Assembly (NCBI GenBank): GCA_040954595.2
Contig: CM082586.2
Coordinates: forward strand, 2,237,124 to 2,301,123
DNA from: Balanoglossus misakiensis
Taxonomy: Eukaryota > Animalia > Hemichordata
Length of the DNA stretch: 64,000 nt
Reading direction: 5' to 3'
Part shown: positions 1-14,800 of the stretch, piece after piece
How positions within the stretch are numbered: the first letter of the stretch is position 1
Layout: the number at the start of each line of letters is the position of its first letter
Program-made: the position numbers and the translations under genes
The notes under the pieces: model-generated
Told to the model about the DNA's origin: nothing
The model's input: only the letters and a program-made list of their open reading frames with translations
Databases searched by the model: none

Positions 1-3000
1 GAGAACAAAAATCTATAGCATCTTCATTGAAATCTTAGTGCAATTCATAAATTCTAAGGACCAAGTCAATTATGGCCATAATCACAGTTCATCTTTGCCC
101 ATGTACATATGTGTATAAGTAGGAAATTAGCCAAATTTCATAAAATACGACTACAAGCTGACTATTAGTGCTCCAATCACTTCAAATGAACATCTAGTTT
201 TGATTAAATGGGAGATTTTTTCAAAATGGAATGGCCATTTTCGTGATTAACAATTTTCATGATCACAGGGGGAAAATGTTGATCGACTTGTCTATTTTGT
301 GGGATTATTCAAAAATTATCTTGATGTGATTTTGCTGGAGATAATGTAATCTACTGGAGAATGAATTTGATAGCGTGCACTGAAACTCAATAAGTAATGT
401 TGGTAGAGGAGCGCTTTCTTGTGGCATTTGGTTTTCGAGAATTGGGCGTTTTCACTCTCTGTTTGTATTTGGCCCTAGGGTTTTTCTCTTTTTTGTCTAG
501 ATTATGTTTTATTCATCCAAATACGAGTGATATGGCAATTTTTGTCTCTTGATACAGTTTTTGACATAGAGGAAGGTGCAGTGGACAATTGTGTCTCTAG
601 ATTATCCCTTACAGATATTAAGAGTCGTGAAACTTATCTACCTAAAACTGAAGTAGAAAACTATGTGGGCTGTGAGTACCATCACGAGATATGATAAAAA
701 CATTAAAGGTAATACGTGCCTCGAAAATCAAAGTCTCAAACTTTTAATCATATTTTGGCAAACTTCTCTCATGTATTCTCTGTGTAGCATTGTTCAACTG
801 GTGAACATGCTGTATAGTTACCTTCAACCTGATTTCTTCCACAAATTGGCCTCCTGTTTTGAAGCCAGCAGACCATATTTCAGTTTTCATGGCGAGTGCA
901 TTCCCTTTGAAAGGTTGAAGCATTGATATTTGAAGCTGTTACACCCACATATGAATAAATGTCACAATGGATCCTCTGTCATGTGTGCAATCTTTTCAAG
1001 AAACAGAGAGGAAAAAATAAAAGATATGGCTATAATTATGGGAATCTTTTCAGCCTTTCTATTCATCAACCATCCTACGCTGTGATTGATATGAAGTTTT
1101 ACTAATAATGCGACTAATGGCTTTCACTTTTTAAAAGAAGGGAATGCCACTTTATCTGGCAGTTATGAAATGAGATCAGTTCATATGCAAATGACCAGCT
1201 ATTGACTGCAGCATGTCCTTTGGAAACAAAGGTTTTCTGACAGGGAACGACACGTCATTTGTGGTATTTTGTTCAAAGTCATTATCACAAACCACTCTGG
1301 AGGACAATATAAGTGGAAGAAATGCATTTTCATAAAAGAAACAACTGTGTCTGATGATTATTACGCGTTCAGTACCATCTGGGCAGGATGGTATAAACAC
1401 CACTTGGATACGGTCACTTTGCGTGATTGCATATGTGACTCGCAATTGAATATTTTTTCTCGTTTTGAAATGAGGACCGTGTTCACCTGTTGTTTGTTGC
1501 CGTTACATTTGCAACCTTGTCATAATTGTCATCCATTCTGTGACCTTGCAGATGTCTTTCAGAGAATATCTGCTGCACTTCCCCATATGCAATAAAGATG
1601 AAATTCAAACAACAACAAAAACTCATCAGGCACAGTGATTTAAACCTTCCATTTCATTGTTTAATTTAACTTAAGGAAACATAATTCCCTCATCCCATGC
1701 TCTCCTATTCTTTCTTTGTTGTGAAGATAATGTCAAAGAAGCAAAAACAAATTAGAGGCAGGAAAAATAGACCCAAATATCAAATCACCATAAAATACAA
1801 TATGGCAGATCATATATTAATGTTGTGATTGATGACTTTAATAGTGTGACCTGCTTTTCATCTCTGATACGGTGCTCTAAATATTTCATAGACTGTCCTC
1901 GGAATATTGGTTTTAATATGCACAGGGGGAACTGTACTGGACCGTACGACTAAACCACATAATTACTGATACACCCATCTTTTACGAGCCGGGTTATAAA
2001 TATTGTGATGTTATTGCTGTGCAGTGTGGATGCAACAATATGTTACGGCAGAAAGGTCAAGGGTCATAAAAAGTATAACATTGTGGCAATAACATGCTAG
2101 AAGCCAAATACATTATATTCCATAAGGTGTCCTGTCACATTGTGTTGATCAGATCCTGTCTGTGCGGAGTATGTTAACTTTGTTTTTTTAAGCTGCCAAT
2201 TTTTGTCTTATTTTCATGATCTTACTTTCAAACTTACTTAGATTGGTCCCTTGTGATGAGGTTACTGATGGACATGCACACACATATTATCAAAGCTTTA
2301 TGATCAAATATTAAAAAAATTCCCATGCACCGTCACCGTTTTTCTTTACATGTATTTTATTGCCTCATATCAGATTACGGATGGCTGGTAAATTTATGGT
2401 TGTGTTTGAATCAAATGTAAACTTTGAAGTAAATTAAATTCTTGTGACAATATTGGCACTGTGATCGAATGGCAACAACTGCATGTCAGTTGAAGCATTG
2501 CAAAATATGAACAGTGCATTATGATAATTAAGGACAAGAGTATGTTGTGGATAAACAAATTAAAAGTAAACAAATTATTGTTCCAACAGAAGCTTAAAAT
2601 GATAAATTGATACCAAGCAGTAATTCTGATGGTGGAGTTTAAACTGCCGGCTGTTCCAGGATAGAAATATATATTTACATTGTGGTGTGTTGGAGCGTGG
2701 CATTTTTTGATGTTTTAATATCTCTGGGAGAATATTCCATGTCACCAAGCATGCAAGCAACATGTAATGCAAGCTGATCAGACACTTACAACGCATAGCA
2801 AGTACATTGCTCCATTTTCATGTCACTTCGTCTAAATTAAGTTGTTATCAAATATCTCTCAGTGACTAATTCGAGCTGTATGATCATGGTGTTAGTTTTG
2901 CTTTTGAAATTGTTCAAATATTCTGTACTGTAGCTCAGGCAGATCAGTTTTCAGATCATTGGTGTTAACAGAGTCAAGTCTTTGTGTATAATTTGGTGAT

Positions 3001-6000
3001 TGCAATTTTGCCATCAGGATGAAAATATTGTACGTGTGCGTTTTTGTGCAAATGTGCACATCATAAGTACATTCAGTACAAGACATATTAAATAAGACAC
3101 ACAAAGTCAAAGTTTTAATTAAACTGGGAATATTTAATGTACGTAATATTTTCTTTATACAAGAAGCTGTCCAAGTCATTTGCTGGAGCATGTTATCTTG
3201 TGATGTTCTAATATCCTGCCGTGAATAATGATAAGCAGTGCATTCTTAATCAAGGCACTTCAGCAGGTCTTTGAGTGACGTACTCCATCTTGGATGATGC
3301 GCAAAATTTTCACCGACTGATTTTCCAGTCTGGTGGAAAAATTAGTTTCAGAAATCAGACGCAGTATATATTGAGAATGGCAATTCTATAAAGTCAGATG
3401 ATATAGTTGTTTGGACCACAAATCATGAAGTACAGATATAAAACACAACTGTGCATTAGCCGGGTAAAGCTCACAAGCTGATTCCGTCGCCGATCCAGAT
3501 GAACGAGTGACCGACAAGGATGAACACTCCGCGCCGGGCTTATTTGCAAATTAGCATAATTACCTGGATCAGCGATGAAGTACTTTAACGTGTTGTTGAA
3601 TGTTTAACAGCCATTATGGTTAACGTCTGACAGGAAATCAGCATTCTTGTGGGTTTTTTGCCCCCGTATTGACTGACTGCAGTCAGTGTGACACAGACTG
3701 GCCAGTCCATTAGTCTTGGTGATGGACAGCACTCCGTGGCTTTTCTTCAGAATTCAGCGCGCTCATCAGTATGCGTGGGTCATCAGGGCATTCATCTTAA
3801 TAACGTTGCAACATTGCCAGTTGAATGCTGCTCCTCTGTTGTGCGTGGGATCCCACACTGGGTTAATGTGTGAACCAGCCCTTCCTTAAAACATGGTAGA
3901 AATGTTGTTTCTCTCTCTCTCTCCACTGTAACTGCATGAGAGCCCATTAGCCTTGCATTCAACTTTAGGGTCTCTTGTGGGAGAGGCTACCAAAAGAAAG
4001 CCACAACTCAAAATGTGAAATAATGTTCATTTGTTAGTTGTATGGACATCTCAAGGTTATTTTTATGCTTCAAACAGTGCATTTTACCCATGTGGTTTAT
4101 AATTTGTTCACAAAATGAATTACTTTACATAGTTAAAAGTTTGATAAAAAAGTGATAAAAGAAACGTGTGATGGGCATATGAGACAAAAAATACCAGTCA
4201 ACAAAATAAACAAACAGTGATAGCTAGTGGCAGAAGTTTATTCTAGGACATATTATATACCAGACTACCTACACATATATCTGTTTTCACACAGGGCCTA
4301 ACTTCTGAAGTAAAAAGAAAATTCTATAGACTGATGAGTTTATGCACCTGACACATACACACGATATGTTGGCGCTATCTACCATATTGTTTCTTTTTAA
4401 CATTCAGGAAACAAATTTGCAAAGAAACTGTTACCGATACACATATACTTTTATGCAAACAATGGCGTTTGAGGCAAAGCATAGCAACAGAGAGAGATCA
4501 AGACACGACTCAGAAATTAATGCTTTTTTAACGGAAAAAAACTTGCGAGCTTTTCTTTCATATTGCATTGTTCTGCATGCAGGCATTTATCAAAGGAAAA
4601 TTCTCAGGTGCCAGTTTTATTGATTTTTTCCCTCTTTCTCCTGTGAAGGATTTTTTTCTCATTCTATAATAAAAGAACAAAGTTCACAGAATGGTATTAC
4701 ATGGGAGAGCTTTCTTACAAAAGGAGGTATGGCTCTGAATAGTATAATTTCTATGTAGTCTTATTTTTCAGGCATGGCTTTGTATTCTGTCAATCATTAA
4801 AAACAAAAAAAATGAGACATAGATTCACTGACAATATACACAAGTTTCAGACTGTTTTGTTAAAATGACCATAGATTACACACAGTGACAGTTATGTCTT
4901 TTTCAAGTAAATTTTCCCAAATCCAAATCAGGCACTTTTACAATACAAATCACAAATCACCTCTGCAATGATTAATTTTGATGGCATAGAAATAGAATTC
5001 ATAGAAAGCATTCCCCTGATATATCAATTCTTTTATGTATGAAATTTATGTGACCTAGAAAATTGTGATTAAAAATATGTTGTCACGAAACTCACAAGGT
5101 ACTCTAAGGAGAAATTAAATGGCTGTGGTGAATTCTGTCTCATCTCTAGAATATTTCCTCAAAATCTTGTCAGCATTATTGCAACTCACGTCTTCTAAGA
5201 AATTGCAACAGCCACGAACAGACTACATTAACATTTTCAATCAGGACTGTTTTCTGAAGGTAATGCTTTAGACAATCTTACTTAACCAGTCAGGGGCTGG
5301 CTGGTCACGTTTTTCATCAACACCATTCGTGCCAGTTTTGTATCATTCTGAAAAAAATATGTCGTTAAGGAAATTGACAAGTACGTGTAGGTTGGATATG
5401 ATTGGCTGGAGACTGATGGTTGAATAATATACTAATGTGGTTGAAAAATATTAAATAAATGCTGTTTTTGAGAGTTAAGTATGGAGAATTCTACCCAACA
5501 GTTAATTGGTCAGCAAGATGAGCTATCAATGTTTTCCGAAAGCTTCGAGGATAGAAAATAAAACGCGAGGTTCAGAATCGAGAGTCGGGTTGTTGTTTTC
5601 AGTGGTTCTACAATGAACATGCATCAAGCAAAATAAATCTAGCTGTTGCGTTTACTAATTTAGAAGCTCATTTCCTATACATGGATGTGTATCCCTAGCT
5701 TGGCCAGAAATAGGCTTCTACCACATCTGCCAATCACCGGTCGTTGCCTCAAACAGACTGAGGGGGAGACATTTATCGACTGCGTCTCTTGGTCCAAAAC
5801 ACTTCATATAATTAGGTGCCAACAAATAAGGGTGATGATCATGTTGCTTTGATCTCAACACGAGGAAAATCTTCATTTTTTAGCATTAAAGAGCAGTTTC
5901 TGTTTTTTAATCAGTAGAATGTGGTTTAGAGAGAGTGTTCAATGGTGCTGCACAGTGCGTGTTTGTTGTCCTTCTGTCTGTCAACGTTAATAATTTCAAT

Positions 6001-9000
6001 AAAAATTTTACTGTACTGACAGTTCTTAAATGGTTTAGGATTATTATGACTTTGAAAGCAAATAACTCAAAGATGGGTTGATTTCGTGTCTTCAAATCAA
6101 ACGGCTGTTTTACTTCTCTTCATTATTCGGCTTACGGAGAGTATGTCTTGTCTGAGTGGCTGCCCGTCTCCTGTAACCATGGCGATAAGACGTGGCAGTG
6201 GCACATCTCTCCACCTGATCCAGCTCTGACAACACCTAGGAAGCAAATCTGCATTTTCCTGTCGGATGATGCGGGCGAGCGTTGCCAAGCAACAGGTGAA
6301 AGTGATGTCGGGGATTAGAAGGCATCTATACATGGGCTGTCAAAGCTGAGCTCAAGGTCTCTGTGTTGCCTTCACACATAAGCTCCATCCACACAGCCAC
6401 TCTTTATGAAAATTAATTTGCAGAATGAAGGATTTTTTTCGCCTACTACTGAAAACATAAAAAATGACCTTTATCGAAGTTGTCCTAAATAACCGTACTA
6501 TCCAATATGTCAATGGTTTTACACAGAAATCAGCGAAGTGGAATTTACGATTTCTTCATCTTCAGAAAAAAAATCAAATGTTCTTTCACAGTCGAAGGTA
6601 ACTGACAAGTTGCATGCTTCTTAATCTTCGCCTCGAGGTTTTTTCATTTTGACAATTATGCAACATATTTTTCTCCCTTTGACAGAACCGAACACTGCCG
6701 TTGTAATTTCCTGTTGAAATTTCCGAGGCCAAAAATGCTGTTATGTAGTTAATTGCCTCCTCCACTTTTCTGAATAGAATTTTCCTGAAGTGGAAAAGAA
6801 TTCTCCTTGGCAAACAGCTGCAAAATTCCATTGGTGATGGACGATCAAAAAAAGTGCTTCGGCACAAGTCAAATGATTAAGGTGATGGAAAGGTTGTAGC
6901 AGTCACCTACCTACCTTGATGTGTGGTAGTTTCTACAGACACTGCATAATTTACTGCGCAACTAATCTGTCAGCGATGTTCATTTTCAACATTTTCTGAC
7001 TCAGTGGTGTGAGATTGGCTATGCTATACAGATATGTCCTATTCGGTTAGCAATAAAATTACAATAACCACTTGTTAGGAAAAATAGCATTTATTGATTT
7101 GAGATCAGCGATTAAGCGACATGGGATTCAGATAATAAAATGTTTATTTGTAATAGTTAGATAACCTTACTTGATTACTGTTTTGAGGTCAACTGAACCA
7201 TGGCCGGAGGTTACATAAAGAGAAGACAAAGTACAAAGTCATTATGCGTACATCAGCAGGGTTCGAGATCGGGAATATCCAGCATTTTCAAGCGCAATCC
7301 TACAAAGAAGGGGACTTAAAGGGGAAAAACAAAAATGGCGGACTTTTAGGCACAGTTCATTTGATTTGTTCGTCTCACCGTCTCTTGCTACCTGTGCAGT
7401 TATGTGACATCTCAACTTGTTTGCATTCCCCAAGGCTTGGCCAGAAAATTGATGAGGATGCGGGAGAGGTGGTTGCCAGGCGACCGAGCTATCATCCCTC
7501 TAGTTGTTCACCCGATGATGAGCTCAAGAGACGCAGAATCATTTAGTCTATTAGTAGAAGGCCACGGTATATTTTTTTTAACCTGAAAGGTTTTTCCAGG
7601 CATGTAGGTAAAGAAAATCCCTGTCTTGAATTTCAATGGAATGTTCCACTTCATGAGATGTAGAAACACAATTATTTGGATTTGGTTAGCCGTTCATGGG
7701 GAGTTGATTTCTCTACATTTCCGTGAAAAGGAGATAAAAATTTAGCGGTGAGATTATTCCCATGCAGTCCTATGTAGTAAACCCATCATATGTCACATTA
7801 GGGTGATGATGTGCTTTCATAGTACCTTTCACTCCTGTTTTCCTCCATAGAGTTCAATTTTATCATAGAAAACAATTTGTATTTGGACCAAACCATGGAG
7901 GCCATTTGATTCTTGCAGTGTTTGAATTATATACACCTCTCCTGTGAAAAGTTGCTTAACGCAAATTAATTTTGATTTGGTTTGATCTGATGTCTCAGAG
8001 AAAAAAACTGGACCAAATGTCAAATTAAATGCGTAAAAGGTGCACTGTCAGGTCAAACGTGTATCTTGGTCGTTTAGAGGTTAATGACAGTAGGTTGATT
8101 AATCCTTTAAGTACAAGATGATGGTGAATTCAATTTCTCAGAAACCCCATTTGATCAAGTCAAATGTTGAACTAGGTCAGAGGTTACAGTGTCTTCAATG
8201 AAATCAGAGCAAATTTTAAATGTGATTGTTAATGTGCTGTTTGAGTCGGGGTGCAGGCGACAGTTGCATGGCGATTGAGTGTGTCGGCCAATCAAGTTGT
8301 GAGTTAGTATGTGCATGGCGCACTGTTGGTGGTAACCAATCCGCAGTGTTTTCAAAAGTCTGTGCAGTCCATTTGCTGAGATAAAGTGCATCTTGGGAGT
8401 ACGGGGGTCACCGTGCCAGCTTTGACATTGTGCTTGTGTTAACATGTCAAACTTAAAGATATAGCTTTGCCGGCTCTGTGTGGAATAATTCATAAATCAA
8501 TGTTGGTTGACTAAACATGGGACCTGCACGCTCAGCTCTCCTGAGCAGCACCGAGAAAGTAGTTCACTGGATGATATATTTGATTAGTGAATTAATCATT
8601 CTTCTGTCGTTTTTATGAGGAATTCTGAGTTTGATGCGAGAAAGTATGGTTTCTTTTTAGTTTTCGGTGAATAAACCTTTGCAGACAAGCAGACTAGTTT
8701 GCATAGCCACTTTGCGTATTGTGTGCAGCAGATGAAATGCTTTGCCAAATGATGCCATAATATTTTGCGATCGAGCAAGGGGGTAAAAAATAAAAAAAGG
8801 AGGTCCCATGCAAATCCTCTTAGGGATGGAAATAATCACACAGCCTGAAAATCTTGATAATAAGCTTTTCTTTGTAGTAATTATTTTCATAAATTAAATG
8901 TGAGCGGCTGTGTATTCTTTTGTCTGTCATTTTGTGTGGTTCATTTCAAATATTTCAATTTGCCAACAAAAAGCGATTCTTTGATTATCTGACTTTATTC

Positions 9001-11456
9001 TGTAGTTGTGTATGCTGCTGTTCACGTCACCATGGCAACCCAACCTACAGTTGATTGATTTCATTACACGTTTGTTGATTTTTTTTAGCCAGCAGTGCTT
9101 TCAGTGGATTACTGGGGCTGCCTTGGAAAAATACACATCGTCGTTAGGGTCAGAGGTCACCAAAGCACCATCCCTGGGGGAATGATGGGTAAAAGGGGTT
9201 TATCTCCCTGCTGTTTTTCATGAACTGAAATTAAATTGCTGTGCATTTGGAAAATGTACAGACAGCATACAAGGCTTGAAGCCAAAATAAACCAATCATA
9301 ACCATATTAATGAAAATTCAAAATTTGAATGTTCTGTTTATGAAAACATTTTTTGCAGCCATGATTTATTGATAATTTAACCAAGACAAGAGATAAAATG
9401 AGATTTTATTTATTCCTGAAAATATAGCAAGCCTGTAAATTATCAGCAAATAACCTTGTATATAAAATGCTCTATCAAATTTGCTGCCCTCCAGAAAGTC
9501 AACCATATTAGCTTTCTTTGAAAGCATCTTTTGTGTTGATGTGCATACTGTTATTGGTGATATTACACCTTATATTTAATAAGAGTCAAAGACCTTCCTG
9601 AAATGAGATATGCAGCCATTTACTTTTCCATGACCTTTGTTAACATGTTACATTAATTACTGTCAAAGGTTAATAATACTAAGTACTATGGTATTTTTGT
9701 CGTCAGAATTTTTTCATGTGATCTCTGACCCGACAACCATATTATCATGCAAAGTTGACAGGCTTGTATGCTAGGGCTATGAGTTAGTATCTGTATGTTC
9801 AGATTTGAGAGAAATGGATATATGTATACATGAAGGTCTCAGATGTTTCTCTTTAGTGCCATCAGTGTGAGACAGAGGAGAATGCAGTCACAATCAGGCA
9901 TCGATAAGGTGTTTATGTATATATACCTTTCATTAAGCTTATTTAGATGGACCAATTTAAGTTGGAAAATAAAATCATGAAAATAATGCAAAAAGTGGCA
10001 GCTCTAGAAGCTTTAAAAATTGACAATGCCAATAGATGAACTACATCTTAGTTTTGAGTCGTTACAAGAACAAGGACCTCCGATCGTTAATGGAATATGT
10101 AACCCTGGAGGGTCGACACACTTAATGCTTGATGCTTTTAAAACTTTTCTGCCAAGGGTGTCTGTAAACAACGGGGAAGCAATGTAAATGCACTTTGAAG
10201 AGTTTAATTTGCAATGAAGCTGGACTAGCAGTGGTTTTTAGTCTTTAACCGCGAGCCTCTTGTACTCTTCCTGAGGTTAGAGATGTGCGAACGGAGGTTT
10301 AATTGGTCTAGCTGGGAAAGATCAAAACCTGCCGTGACCCCATCTTTCACCTTCAGATTTGTGATGTGCCTTACCTGACCCCCCCCCCTCCTCCCCATCT
10401 TTCATAGTCATGAACTAGAATGGAAATATATTCTACATGACAAGATGTAGAAACTAGCAAAATAGGAGAGTAAGACAGATGATATAAATCTGCAAAAATC
10501 TAGGTCAAAGGGGATTAAGAAAAAAAAGCAAATAATTAAAAATAGAGAGGCTTGAAAGTAAAATACAAAAATATACATTAGCCTAACAATCCTATGGTTT
10601 GTCAAGGTACATGTACCGGTACTTATAGCCGTGGACCCAGTTTGATTATGTGTATATAAATTATTTTATTCAGTTTTTGTTTTGTTGGCTTTATTTGCAC
10701 CATTTCCATCGACATTATGGCAATGGAAGCATGTGATCCAAGTTATTGCAGGGGGAAAAACTCCATTTACTGCATTGTTAGCATCAAACAGCTTGTCTAC
10801 TTAAGAACTATATCAAGTCCATCTATCGGGTCCTTAACGAGCGCTTGAGAGAACGGAATGTGGCTTGGAACACCTTCGGTGGAAATGATGGTCAGTCTCA
10901 GGGGACCTGAGATGTATCCTGGGCTATCTTATCACATCAATATCAGCAGAGAACCTCAGATGTCCAAGTGACTATGACAAGACTCCTACAGAAGTGTTAC
11001 ATCAAGGTTGGCTCAGTGAAGCCTGTGTGTTGGTCGGTCTCAATCTCCCTCAGCAACTGTTGCTTAGCAACCATTATTTCAAAATAAAGTGCCTGTTAGA
11101 AATTTGGCAGTGTTACACAACACATGTAGGTCTTAAGTACATGGAAATTACTTTGTATACTTTGTAAATGTTCTACTTTAGCACTAAATGTTATGAAAAT
11201 ATTGAACATAATATTTCTATTGCTGAAAAGTCATTTAATGCTTGAATTTCCAAAATGTTATTAAAATTCTACGGCTTCAGGATGTTAGTTGTACAGTTAT
11301 GATATAAGTGTGTTTATCTATTAGGTCTGACAGACAATAGTAATGGGCTTGTTCATGCTTGCCTGGACAGCTGTCACAGCTGATAAATATTTTCGGTATT
11401 TAATACAATATCTTCCATGATGGACCAGGGATTTTATATTGCTGCAGTTGCATTAA

Positions 11457-11803
11457 AGGGACAAAGTCTCTCTCCAGCTGTCCCTTTTCTATTAATTATG
11501 TTTGATACAAGACACTGGTTATGTTAATGTAAATGTGGATATATAGTGAATCAATGATCAACCACACAAAACTTCCATCCCACTTGTATGATATGAGAGT
11601 AAAAACTCGCCCAAAATGAATAAATGGTAAAGAACGATTATTCATTTTGGCGAGTTTTTTCACTCTCATGTCTACAACCGGGATGGAAGGTGTGTGGTAG
11701 AACGTTGATTCACTACATATCCACATGTAGAATTACATAAATGGTGTCTTGTATCAAACATAATTCATGGAAAAAAGGGCAGTGAGAGAGAGACTTTGTC
11801 CCT
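11457..11803. mobile_element. Fully palindromic MITE, Kolobok/T2-like (TTAA TSD)
   Basis: ttaa|AGGGACAAAGTCTCTCTC...GAGAGAGACTTTGTCCCT|ttaa; the two halves are imperfect reverse complements over ~170 bp. Confidence 0.8.
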
Positions 11804-14800
11804 TTAAATGTCACTGTGTTCAAATTGAAAAAGAGGGGAAAGCCTAGTGGCCTCAATACTTGCCAGTCTGATATTGAATTATTTTTACTGTAGTACCATG
11901 GTGAAATATTCAAAAAACATGTGCAAAATAGAATCCTGAACTGTTTGCTATATCACTTGCAAAAGAGAGAATTAGAAATAAGATAATCCCTCTTTTAATT
12001 CAGTAATTGCTCCTAGGGGGTGGTAGGCATAGCGCCAGTCCTTTGATGGAAGAACTTCAAAGGAAATGGCGCAACCTCGGAGTGTAATGATGACAGTTAG
12101 ACATGAAAGAAAGAAAAAAATGCAAGAGCCCCCGTAAATACATGTACATGCCGATACTTAATGCAGCCACTCGAGATAATGTTCAACTGAGGGACGCCGC
12201 CAAACACAGTGGACATGGCTTCAGTTTCATTATGAGATTTTCAGTGAGGTACTTCGGTGGTTCTGGAGAGCAGCCTTTTAACCCGCCATAGATAACACTG
12301 ACTCGCCGAGTAACGAAAATACCATAAGCACTTATACTTCTTGTTGTGGAGTTGGGAGATATCTGGTTACCAACAAAGCTGTCCTGGAGTGTGCAAATGT
12401 GGATATGGCTTAATTGTAGCTGCTTAGCCATTCTAGCTGATATACTTTGATCTACTGCAGGTTTCAACACTTATGGCACCTCATCTCACCGTAGTATTCG
12501 TACAGCTGGGTTTTAGAAAATTTGATTTTGAACAATATAGTAAAGTTTGTAAAGTAGTCATGATTTGAGCTTACCCATTTTTGTCCTAAAAGTGGTATTA
12601 TAATACATGCAACATGTACCTTTGTAATATAATTTTAGCAGAGTTATAATGCTTGCTATCTTAAATGCATTGTGCTGTTTTGTATTAGGTTTAAACTGAA
12701 CCCCTCCACCACAATTGGTTGGTCCTGAAAATCATTGTTTTCTATAGTAAAGTTGGTAACCTCTACAGAGAGACGCAGGGGTGAAAGGGTGAGTGAAAAT
12801 GAGGGTTTAGTAAAGTATTACAGTCTGTAAAAATGTAATAGAGGACACTTGTGTGCACGTTTATCCTTTTACTGTTTTCAGAGCCCAGTTTGTAAGTCCT
12901 ATTTACTGCCATGTGTGTCTGCATGGCTAACTAAATTTAAATCCCTACTTTTGCTGTAATTTCCATACACAAATGAGCAATCAATGCAGTGACTCACCAA
13001 AATGCACAATCACATCTTTTTATATATGATTCTTTTTTTTCAAAATAAGTTGGAGCTCTTGTAAGCTATATATTATATATATATATAAAATAGAGGACCT
13101 CTGGTTGTCATTTGTGAATGCAATTTTGCAAACAAGAGGGCTGACAGCCACAGAATGCATTTGCAGTGTGTGGGAGAGTGTATAAGTCTTGCGGAGGTGG
13201 TCATGTTGAGATTGCATGGGTATGTAGGCGTAGTGAAAGAGCCAGGAAATTTTCTTGTTGTTGACATTTAACAAATGCCAGATATGTTAGACGATATACC
13301 TTCCGTAGGAGTAGAAGCACACAAATAAAGGATTATGTGTACATATAATATAATACAATACACATGTATATACATAATATAATTATATATGTGTTTGTAC
13401 ATTTAGTGTGTGTGTGTGTGCATGGGTGTGTTTGCATTAAAAAATATTACTTGTATATTAAAAAAAGAAGATGTATGTGTGACTGAGTGTTTATTACTGA
13501 AAAATTAGAAAAGGCAATGCAAAACATATTTCAGAAATTTGAAGATTGTATTTATTTGTAAAGGGACAGTGTCTTTCTTTAAAATATACAAATGTAACAT
13601 TGTATTATAATTTATAAGGCATATTTTGCCATGCAGTATACGTGGGATGGCTTATGCCGCCATTTTTTACATCTGAGCTTAAGGCAAGGTCATTTGAAGG
13701 TCATGACTTCGTTGTCTGTCATGTCAACCTGACCCTTGACTATTGGTAATCAAAGGTATAGAGTGGAATGACATTTAGAAGGAAACATTCGCCCGGTGGT
13801 GATGTAAATGCAGGGTCTGGAGGTTTTAGCTGAAATCAGTGTTTTTATCACAAGGAATTAACATGTAATTTGCATTCAGACACACTGAGAACGTAAATTT
13901 GTTATTGGAGGATGCTATATTTGCATCAATCACAGATTTAAGCCATCACCATCAAACTCAAATTTACAGGAGCACAATTCATTGTTTTGCTTGATAATTA
14001 CAAATTTTTAACAACAAAAAACGATTCTCTGCCCTTTTAAAAAAATGAAACAGTTTAATGATAATTGCTTGAAAAGAGGCTGGAGTATAAAGTGAATGAA
14101 TAGTGAATTCATAATAAAGCCATCACCATCACCCATCTATCAAAGTTACCCTGTGCCTAGCTTTGCATTCATCTATGTTCATAATTCCATGACCTGCGGA
14201 TTGAAACTATCTATTTGGAGCGTGAAGATAAAACGACTGTAGATTGTTGCATTATTTATATTGATCTGGGGCAATGTCTCTACCGCATCGATGATGAATT
14301 GCCTAGTCGGTCAGTGAACGGTAAATATCTCCAGACCCTAATGAGCTCATTGCTCTCAATAAAGCAAGGTCTCATCGCCCTGAGTTAGGCAGGTCAAATG
14401 TAGGGTACGTCGAGCTGGATATGGTTAAGTGTATCCTACGGTATAGTCTTGTTGTATATTTTTTTAAAGTCTTGTATATGTCAATATTTAGGGGGGCCTT
14501 GATTCCTATAAATATTTGGCTTGCCTGTGACATTTCACCTGGTGACAGTTCCCCGGGCGATTAAGGTCATGTTCAGAAATTGTGGAATATTTACACTCTT
14601 GATGAAATCATTGATGTGCCTTGCATTTTACAAGAAACTGAAGCAGTGATCAGTTTCAGCCCTGATTGGCTGAAAGCTGGACTGTGCACCTGGCAAAAGT
14701 TGAACTACCCAACCAGATTAGTTGTCTTAGAACCTTGGTTTTACGCAGTCAGCAAACGCGTACCAGAATCTCTCATTAGAGTCACGCACGTGATACTAAA

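Noticed and set aside
3715-3740. REST/RE1 site (ggacagcac)
   Set aside because: Only a half-site; the TTCAGCACC half is missing.
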